In this document: positions 34,691 to 41,702 of the stretch, one piece after another | Numbering within the stretch: position 1 is the stretch's first letter | Layout: each line of letters opens with the position of its first letter | Source: Clostridia bacterium | Lineage (GTDB): Bacteria > Bacillota > Clostridia > TANB77 > CAG-465 | Reading direction: 5' to 3' | DNA length: 64,000 bases | Assembly: GCA_029256705.1 (NCBI GenBank) | Contig: JAQSXK010000010.1 | Location: forward strand, 10,317 to 74,316 | Made by a program: the position numbers and the translations under genes | The notes under the pieces: model-generated | Told to the model about the DNA's origin: nothing | The model's database searches: none | The model's input: the letters and a program-made list of their open reading frames with translations, nothing else

Positions 34691-36487
34691 ATGAAAAAAT
34701 TTTTATCTGGTATTTTATTTATAATTATATTTACAACTTTGGTAGTATCTACGGTGGTTTGTATATACATGGTTGGTACATATAAAAAAGGTGTTGATAT
34801 AAGTAATATAGAGTTAAATGCCATTCCACATATATATGACAGTAAAGGTAATGAAATTTCTGTTATATATGATAATGAAACAAGGGTTTATACAAAGCTT
34901 TCGGAAGTTCCTAAGTATGTTTATACTAGTTTTATAGCTATTGAAGATAAACGGTTTTATGAACATCATGGCTTTGATGTTAAACGATTTAGCGGTGCGG
35001 TTATTAATTATGTATTTAATAAAAATTTAGTTGGGCGTGGTGGTGGTAGTACCATAACTCAGCAATTAGCTAGAAACATAACAGAAGATAATGAAGATAC
35101 ACCAAAGCGTAAGATGAGAGAAATTGCTAGAGCAATATATTTAGAAAAAAATATGAGTAAAGATGAAATACTTGAAAACTATATTAACTACATTTACTTT
35201 GGTCAAGGTGCCTATGGAATAAATGCTGCAAGTTTAGTCTTTTTTGGTAAAATCCCATCAAAATTAAGTGTTGCAGAATCTGCAGCTATTGCAGCTATGG
35301 CATATTCACCAGAAGGAAATAATCCATATTCTAGTGATGATTCTAAGAAAAGGTTATTAGACAGACAAAAACTTGTTTTAAAAGAAATGAAAGAGCAGGG
35401 GTATATATCTAAATCTGAATATGATGAAGCTTTGAAACAAGATATTGTATTTAAAACTATTAAGGATACTGCAGTTAATCAATATGTTCGTATTGCAATA
35501 AAAGAAGCAAAAGAAATGTTGATTAGTAGTGGGTTAAGAGAAGATGAGGCAGAAATAGAGAAAAGTATATTAAATGGTAATATACAAATTTATACTAATC
35601 TTAATGTAGATTACCAAAATGAACTATACAAAACCATGAAATCATATTTTAAAGATGATATTGAGGCTTCCTTTATAATAACTACTAAGGATGGAAAAAT
35701 TATATCTGCAATATCTTCGCGAACTAATAGTCAGTACGATAGAATTAAAATTATGACTAGACAACCAGGTTCTACTATGAAACCAATTGCTGTGTATGCA
35801 CCTGCTTTTGATATGGGTATTCTAACTCCTAATTCAATTGTAACTGATTCTAAAGTTGTAATTAAATCTGGTAATAATACGTGGTCACCATCCAACTGGT
35901 ATGAAGGCTATCGAGGTGATTTTAGAGTTTATGATGCAATAGGACAGTCAATAAATACAATTGCTGTTAAAACATTAGATTTGGTTGGTATATCTAAATC
36001 TATGACTTATCTTAAGAACTTTGGTATAACATCTCTTACTAAACAAGATGCAGTATATCCGCTTGCAATAGGTGGTATTACTAATGGAATTTCTCCTTTT
36101 GAGATGGTAAGAGCGTATAATGTATTTAATAATGAAGGGATGTTTAGAAATATTTCGTTTATAGATAAAATAATTGTAGACGGTAAAACAATAAAGATTA
36201 GTCAAGATAAATATAAAGTAATATCTGAGGATGCAAATGATATGATTGATGATACTTTACGTTATGTTGTTACAAATGGTACTGCAAGTAAAGCTAATAT
36301 ATCTGGATTAGAAGTACGTGCTAAAACTGGTACAACAGACGATAAAAAAGATTTCTGGCTGTGTGGTTATACGGATGATGTAACAGCGACACTTTGGGTT
36401 GGATATGATAAACCAAAATCAATGAACTTTTCATCTGGTGAAGTAGCTACTTTATGGAGTAAATTGGTATCTAAATATTACAAATAA
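34691..36487 (+). CDS. class A penicillin-binding protein (glycosyltransferase plus transpeptidase)
   Basis: The GT51 motifs are EDKRFYEHHG and GGSTITQQL. The transpeptidase motifs are STMKP (SxxK), SIN and KTGT. There is an N-terminal TM anchor. Confidence 0.88.
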   Translation: MKKFLSGILFIIIFTTLVVSTVVCIYMVGTYKKGVDISNIELNAIPHIYDSKGNEISVIYDNETRVYTKLSEVPKYVYTSFIAIEDKRFYEHHGFDVKRFSGAVINYVFNKNLVGRGGGSTITQQLARNITEDNEDTPKRKMREIARAIYLEKNMSKDEILENYINYIYFGQGAYGINAASLVFFGKIPSKLSVAESAAIAAMAYSPEGNNPYSSDDSKKRLLDRQKLVLKEMKEQGYISKSEYDEALKQDIVFKTIKDTAVNQYVRIAIKEAKEMLISSGLREDEAEIEKSILNGNIQIYTNLNVDYQNELYKTMKSYFKDDIEASFIITTKDGKIISAISSRTNSQYDRIKIMTRQPGSTMKPIAVYAPAFDMGILTPNSIVTDSKVVIKSGNNTWSPSNWYEGYRGDFRVYDAIGQSINTIAVKTLDLVGISKSMTYLKNFGITSLTKQDAVYPLAIGGITNGISPFEMVRAYNVFNNEGMFRNISFIDKIIVDGKTIKISQDKYKVISEDANDMIDDTLRYVVTNGTASKANISGLEVRAKTGTTDDKKDFWLCGYTDDVTATLWVGYDKPKSMNFSSGEVATLWSKLVSKYYK

Positions 36488-36558
36488 CTGCAAAAAACAC
36501 TTAAATAATAATTTTATTTAGGTGTTTTTTATTATGTGAAATGTTTTTATATAAAATT

Positions 36559-36586
36559 CAAACTTTTGTTTGACAAACAATAGTTT
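36559..36586. promoter_or_regulatory. two adjacent LexA (Cheo-type) boxes: CAAAC-TTTT-GTTTG and AAAC-AATA-GTTT
   Basis: The palindromes were read directly from the sequence. They overlap the -35 box and spacer of the lexA promoter. This is a variant of the Gram-positive GAAC-N4-GTTC/T motif. Confidence 0.55.
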
Positions 36587-36598
36587 CTATGATATAAT
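36570..36598 (+). promoter_or_regulatory. lexA promoter
   Basis: TTGACA (36570-36575), a 17-nt spacer, then TATAAT (36593-36598). Confidence 0.7.
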
Positions 36599-36624
36599 GA
36601 AAATATAGTTTTGAGGAGGTTGAA

Positions 36625-37242
36625 ATGAATAAATCAGATTTAAATGAAAAAGAACAAAAAGTTTTAGATTTTATTATATCACAAATAAAAGATACGGGTT
36701 ATCCACCATCAGTTAGAGAAATATGCAAATCAGTTGGTTTTAAGTCAACATGTTCTGCACATCAATATATAAAAAGACTTGCAGATAAAGGTTACTTAGA
36801 AAAATCAGATCTTAAAATGAGAGCGCTTAAAGTTGTGGAAGATGAAAAAGAAGATACAATATCTCTTCCAATAATAGGAAAAGTTGCAGCAGGTGAACCT
36901 ATACTTGCTACAGAAAATATTGAAGATTATTTTTCAATTGGAGAAAGTTTCTTTAACAAGGATTCATTAAAAAATGATAATTTTGTACTTAGAGTTCAAG
37001 GACAAAGTATGATAAACGTTGGTATAAATAATGGAGATTTTATTGTTGTTTCCAAACAAAGTACTGCACGAAATGGTGAAATAATAGTAGCTATGATTGA
37101 TGGAGATGCAACTGTTAAAACATACTATAAAGAAAAAAGTTATATAAGGCTTCAACCTGAGAACGATACAATGGATCCTATAATTTCAGATAAAGTAGAA
37201 ATTGTAGGTAAGGTAATAGGATTATTTAGAAAAATTAGTTAA
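36625..37242 (+). CDS. lexA: LexA repressor
   Basis: It has an N-terminal wHTH (GYPPSVREI), the cleavage site VAAG-EP, and the S24 peptidase Ser/Lys motifs (GQSM ... VKT). Confidence 0.93.
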   Translation: MNKSDLNEKEQKVLDFIISQIKDTGYPPSVREICKSVGFKSTCSAHQYIKRLADKGYLEKSDLKMRALKVVEDEKEDTISLPIIGKVAAGEPILATENIEDYFSIGESFFNKDSLKNDNFVLRVQGQSMINVGINNGDFIVVSKQSTARNGEIIVAMIDGDATVKTYYKEKSYIRLQPENDTMDPIISDKVEIVGKVIGLFRKIS

Positions 37243-37324
37243 TTTAAAGTGGGACTTGAAATTTTTAAGTCTCACTTTTATTGCCTCTATAACATAATAT
37301 ATTGTATATAGGGGGTGTTAAAAA

Positions 37325-37909
37325 ATGGAACTCAAAGATAAAAAAGTAGGACTAGGCATTACCGGGTCTTTTTGTAATTTCAATAGAATACAAGAAATAA
37401 TACAAAATTTAAAAAATGAAGGGGCTACAGTTATACCAATAATTACAGAGACTGTTAGAGATACTACTACTAAATTCTATGAAAAAGAGGATTTTATAAA
37501 AATGTTACAAGACAACACGGGAAATGTTTTAATAGATACAATAACTAAAGCTGAGCCTATAGGACCTAAAAATATGTTAGATATTTTACTTATTTGTCCA
37601 TGTACAGGAAATACTGCCGCTAAACTTGCAAATGGAATAACAGACTCAGCTGTTTTAATGGCTGCAAAGAGTCACATAAGAAATAATAAACCAATTGTAA
37701 TTGGTATATCAACAAATGATGGTTTAGGTCATAACTTAAAAAATATAGCAGAATTATTAAATAGTAAAAATACATATTTTGTGCCATTTAATCAAGATGA
37801 TTATAATATCAAGCCAAAATCACTTGTATTGAATTATGATCAAATTATAGATACTTTAAAATATGCTTTAGATCATAAACAAATTCAACCCATTATAAGT
37901 TTAAGATGA
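37325..37909 (+). CDS. spoVFB: dipicolinate synthase subunit B (flavoprotein)
   Basis: It is collinear from end to end with B. subtilis SpoVFB as I recall it (GITGS.C, KAEP.GPK, TGN..AKLANG.TDS.VLMAAK...RNN.P.V.GISTND.LG, F.PF.QDD, QP). Confidence 0.82.
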   Translation: MELKDKKVGLGITGSFCNFNRIQEIIQNLKNEGATVIPIITETVRDTTTKFYEKEDFIKMLQDNTGNVLIDTITKAEPIGPKNMLDILLICPCTGNTAAKLANGITDSAVLMAAKSHIRNNKPIVIGISTNDGLGHNLKNIAELLNSKNTYFVPFNQDDYNIKPKSLVLNYDQIIDTLKYALDHKQIQPIISLR

Positions 37910-37915
37910 AATATA

Positions 37916-37950
37916 AGAAATGTAGAAAAAGATTTTACATTTCTTTTTCT
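37916..37950 (+). terminator. terminator after spoVFB
   Basis: An 8-bp stem (gaaatgta ... tacatttc) is followed by a T run. Confidence 0.55.
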
Positions 37951-38038
37951 TTATTTTAAAAATTATGTTAAATTTGTAATAATAAATTAAATATTTAATA
38001 TAATATATAGATGAAAGTCTATATATTATATTTATTTT

Positions 38039-38067
38039 CTTGACAAAATAAATTATTTATCATATAA
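38039..38067 (+). promoter_or_regulatory. ars operon promoter
   Basis: TTGACA (38039-38044), a 17-nt spacer, then TATAAT (38062-38067). Confidence 0.7.
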
Positions 38068-38087
38068 TACATATATAAATATGTATA
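38066..38087. promoter_or_regulatory. inverted repeat ATACATAT-N6-ATATGTAT; candidate ArsR operator
   Basis: This perfect 8-bp inverted repeat overlaps the -10 box and the predicted transcription start region of the ars promoter. Confidence 0.45.
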
Positions 38088-38094
38088 TATCGAG

Positions 38095-38406
38095 GTGATT
38101 AAATTGGATAAAAAATACGAAGAAAACGCAAAATTATTTAAAGTTCTATCTGATGAAAATAGAATAAGAATAATTGAAATGATATCTTGTGATGAAATAT
38201 GTGCTTGTAATATATTAGAGAAATTAGATATAACACAACCAACTTTATCTCATCATATGAAAGTTCTAGAAGAAGTTAATTTAGTATCTAGTAGAAAAGA
38301 TGGAACATGGACTTATTATAAATTAAATAGAAATAAAATAAGTAAAATACTAATGTTTATAATACAAATAACTTCAGATAACGAAAAATGTATATGTAAA
38401 GAATAA
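38095..38406 (+). CDS. arsR: ArsR-family arsenic-responsive repressor
   Basis: It has the wHTH with the ELCVCD-like metal site (EICACN) and QPTLSHHM. It is the first gene of the ars operon. Confidence 0.85.
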   Translation: MIKLDKKYEENAKLFKVLSDENRIRIIEMISCDEICACNILEKLDITQPTLSHHMKVLEEVNLVSSRKDGTWTYYKLNRNKISKILMFIIQITSDNEKCICKE

Positions 38407-38421
38407 TAGGAGGTATAATAA

Positions 38422-38775
38422 ATGAGTAAAATTAAAATTTTTGATCCAGCTATGTGCTGTTCAACTGGTGTATGTGGACCGATTGTTAATCCACAGCTTT
38501 TAAGAGTTTCTACTGTTATAAATAATTTAAAAGGGCAAGGTATAATAATAGAAAGGTATTCATTAAATAATAACCCACAAGCTTTTGTAGATAATATGAA
38601 TGTAAGTGAATTAATAAAAAGTCAAGGGATTAATGTATTACCTATAACTACTGTAGACAATGAAATAGTTAAAACAAAGGAATATTTGACAAATGAAGAA
38701 TTTGCAAAGTATTTAAATATTAAACTAAGTAGTATTTTGAATAATAATAATAGACCAAATTTACGTAGAAAGTAG
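38422..38775 (+). CDS. arsD: arsenical resistance metallochaperone ArsD
   Basis: It has the N-terminal hallmark IFDPAMCCSTGVCG. Confidence 0.9.
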   Translation: MSKIKIFDPAMCCSTGVCGPIVNPQLLRVSTVINNLKGQGIIIERYSLNNNPQAFVDNMNVSELIKSQGINVLPITTVDNEIVKTKEYLTNEEFAKYLNIKLSSILNNNNRPNLRRK

Positions 38776-38783
38776 GTAATTTT

Positions 38784-40532
38784 ATGTTTGAAAATTTTGA
38801 CATTAATAATTTAAATCTAACTAAATATTTATTTTTTACCGGAAAAGGTGGAACAGGAAAAACATCAACTGCATGTAGTATAGCTGTAAATCTTGCAGAT
38901 AGAGGTAATAAAGTATTTTTGGTAAGTACAGATCCAGCATCTAATTTACAAGATGTATTTGATATGAAACTTACAAATAAACCTAAAGAAATAATAGGAA
39001 TACCTAATTTAAAAGTAGCTAACTTAGACCCAATTACATCTGCAAATGAATATAAAGATTCAGTTGTTGCACCATATAGAGGGATTTTACCAGATTCCGC
39101 AATAAAAAATATGGAAGAACAATTATCTGGCTCATGTACAGTAGAAATAGCATCATTTAACGAATTTTCACATATTATAACTGATATCAAAATTAGTGAA
39201 GAGTTCGATTATATAATTTTTGATACAGCACCAACTGGTCATACTTTAAGAATGTTAATGCTACCTTCAGCGTGGTCTGGATTCATAGATACAAACAAAT
39301 TTGGAGCTTCATGTTTAGGACAATTATCTGGTTTAGGAGATAAGAAACAAATATATCATAATGCGATGGATATGTTAAAAGATAAGGAAAAGACTACAAT
39401 TGTACTTTTAGCAAGACCAGAAGAAACGCCACTTAAAGAGGCATTAAGATCATTTAATGAACTGAAACAAATTGGGCTTAATAACCAAATGTTAATAATA
39501 AATGGTATTCTTATGAATTATGATGACGATACGTCAAAAGTTATCTATATAAAACAAAGAAATGCACTTAGCAATATTACTAAAGGTTTTAAAGATGTAA
39601 AAACATATATCTTACCACTTAGAGGATATAATATAATTGGTATAGACAATATTAGAGATTTCATTAACAAGGATAGTTATATTAATATAAATGAAAATAT
39701 AAACATTTCAGACATTAATGGCTTAAAATTTGTTGTAGATGATATTGAAATGAGTAATAAAAAAGTTATATTTACAATGGGAAAAGGTGGAACTGGTAAA
39801 ACAACAATTGCGTCTGCTATTGCTTTAGAATTAAGTAATAGAGGAAATAAAGTTGTGCTTGCATCTACAGATCCAGCAGATCATTTAAAGTATGTAATAT
39901 CTAAAAACATTAATTTAGATATTATTAAAATAGATGAGCAAGAAGAACTAGAAAAGCACAAATCTCAAGTTATAAATAAAGCAATTGAAAATAATATAAC
40001 CGATGAAGATTTAGAGTATATTAAAGAAGATTTAAGATCACCTTGTACACAAGAAATTGCAGTGTTTAAAGCATTTGCAAAAATAGTAGATAAGTCTGAA
40101 GATAGTATAGTTATAATAGATACGGCTCCAACAGGTCATACACTACTATTGTTAGATACTACGCAAAGTTATAATAAAGAAATAAAGAGAAGTCAAGGTG
40201 ATGTACCACAAGAAGTTATTAAATTATTACCTAGATTAAAAAATGAAAAAGAAACAGAAGTTATTATTGTAACTCTTGCAGAAACAACCCCTGTATTTGA
40301 ATCTATTAGATTATTGGAAGATTTAAAAAGAGCCGGAATATATAGTAAATGGTGGGTTGTAAACTCTAGTATATACCTAACAAATACTACAAACAAGGTT
40401 TTATTAAGTAGAGCAAATAATGAAATTAAATGGATAAATAAAGTTGCAGAAATATCAGATCATAATTTTGCTGTTATAAAGTGGATGGAAGAAGATTTAA
40501 AAGAAGATAATTTAAGAAAATTAATATACTAA
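38784..40532 (+). CDS. arsA: arsenite-stimulated ATPase ArsA
   Basis: It has two homologous halves, each with GKGGTGKT and DTAPTGHTL signatures. Its length is 582 aa. Confidence 0.9.
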   Translation: MFENFDINNLNLTKYLFFTGKGGTGKTSTACSIAVNLADRGNKVFLVSTDPASNLQDVFDMKLTNKPKEIIGIPNLKVANLDPITSANEYKDSVVAPYRGILPDSAIKNMEEQLSGSCTVEIASFNEFSHIITDIKISEEFDYIIFDTAPTGHTLRMLMLPSAWSGFIDTNKFGASCLGQLSGLGDKKQIYHNAMDMLKDKEKTTIVLLARPEETPLKEALRSFNELKQIGLNNQMLIINGILMNYDDDTSKVIYIKQRNALSNITKGFKDVKTYILPLRGYNIIGIDNIRDFINKDSYININENINISDINGLKFVVDDIEMSNKKVIFTMGKGGTGKTTIASAIALELSNRGNKVVLASTDPADHLKYVISKNINLDIIKIDEQEELEKHKSQVINKAIENNITDEDLEYIKEDLRSPCTQEIAVFKAFAKIVDKSEDSIVIIDTAPTGHTLLLLDTTQSYNKEIKRSQGDVPQEVIKLLPRLKNEKETEVIIVTLAETTPVFESIRLLEDLKRAGIYSKWWVVNSSIYLTNTTNKVLLSRANNEIKWINKVAEISDHNFAVIKWMEEDLKEDNLRKLIY

Positions 40533-40609
40533 TATTAAAATGTATACATATTAACAAAATCCTCACTTTTTCATACTATATACTATGGAAAAGTGAGGTG
40601 AATTATAAA

Positions 40610-41164
40610 ATGTTTGATGAATTTTCGAATGATTTTGGTTACATGAATTATCCATACATTCCGTATAATAGAAATTTGTATAAAAGTAATGATATACATA
40701 GAGTAACTCCTGCAATGCAAGTTCCTAGAGAAGTTTTGGAGTTAATAAAAGATTCAGTCGGATCTGAAAGAGAAGATGAACTTTTTTACGATTTCTTATT
40801 AACAGTAGCTACTAGTAAAGAGGATAAGGATATTATAGAAAGTATAAGAAATGATGAAAGACATCATAATCAACTATTTAGAAAAATATATCTTGAACTT
40901 ACTGGAGTATCTCTTCCAAAAGCTAGTACTGATGTGCAGGAGCATGAATTTAACATGACATATTTGCAGGGTCTTGAAGTAGCACTTATGGGAGAATTAT
41001 CCGCTGTAGAAAAATATAGAAAAATACTTGGTGAAATGACAGATAGACAAAGATATAACATGGTATTTGAAATATTAACAGATGAATTAAAGCATGCAGC
41101 AAAATACAATTATTTAATAACTAAAAATATGGTGAGTATGAATAGAGAAGAACAAAGTATATAA
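40610..41164 (+). CDS. ferritin-like / rubrerythrin-like four-helix-bundle protein
   Basis: It has paired E...ExxH-type motifs (EREDE...NDERHH; ELSAVEKY...TDELKH). The ATG at 40610 lies 9 nt after GAGGTG. Confidence 0.6.
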   Translation: MFDEFSNDFGYMNYPYIPYNRNLYKSNDIHRVTPAMQVPREVLELIKDSVGSEREDELFYDFLLTVATSKEDKDIIESIRNDERHHNQLFRKIYLELTGVSLPKASTDVQEHEFNMTYLQGLEVALMGELSAVEKYRKILGEMTDRQRYNMVFEILTDELKHAAKYNYLITKNMVSMNREEQSI

Positions 41165-41304
41165 TAAATTTAAGATTCAAGGCAATACTTGAGTCTTTTT
41201 TTGCTCAAAAAAACATAAATTTTACACAAATGACATATTACGACATTTTTTTGCTTTTCATTATGTTATAATTTGCTAAATTATAATAGAAAGGGGAAAA
41301 AACT

Positions 41305-41556
41305 ATGGATAAATTGAAAATTTTACAAAAAGAATTAGATGAGATGGTAGAGGAAAATAAACCTTATGATGAAATAGTTAAAAAGAGTAAAGAACTGGAT
41401 TATTATATAACAAAAGAAATGATTAAAATGCACAAAAATGCATTAAATGATCGAAGACGGAGTATCGAATATTTAACGGTTACTCTGTTTTTGCTTTTTT
41501 TTAATATATATCTATGCAATTATTGGAAAAATATAGAAAAATATACAAAAAAATAG
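41305..41556 (+). CDS. Spo0E-family sporulation regulatory protein (aspartyl-phosphate phosphatase-like)
   Basis: The N-terminal ~45 aa (LKILQKELDEMVEENKPYDEIVKKSKELDYYITKEM) fit the Spo0E helix-hairpin family. The ORF tail reads through a terminator-like hairpin at about 41455-41500. Confidence 0.55.
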   Translation: MDKLKILQKELDEMVEENKPYDEIVKKSKELDYYITKEMIKMHKNALNDRRRSIEYLTVTLFLLFFNIYLCNYWKNIEKYTKK

Positions 41557-41563
41557 TGAATTA

Positions 41564-41592
41564 TTGACTATAATTATATTATATGGTAAAAT
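41564..41592 (+). promoter_or_regulatory. promoter of the fifth paralog (P5)
   Basis: TTGACT (41564-41569), a 17-nt spacer with a TG extension, then TAAAAT (41587-41592). Confidence 0.6.
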
Positions 41593-41702
41593 TTAGTAAA
41601 TTATGTGTTCTGATTATATTTATAAAATAAGATTTGTACTGCTATTAATGTTATAGTCAGATATAGTTTATTTATAAAATATATATTAGGAGGTAAAAAT
41701 GT

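Noticed and set aside
38001-38026. A perfect 10-bp inverted repeat (aatatataga-tgaaag-tctatatatt) upstream of the ars promoter.
   Set aside because: It consists entirely of A and T except for two positions and lies upstream of the -35 box. It could be a second ArsR site or a chance occurrence. The repeat overlapping the -10 box (38066-38087) is the better operator candidate.
38720-39190. A 156-aa minus-strand ORF overlapping arsD and arsA.
   Set aside because: It is antisense to an unmistakable ArsA coding sequence, has no SD and has a low-complexity composition.
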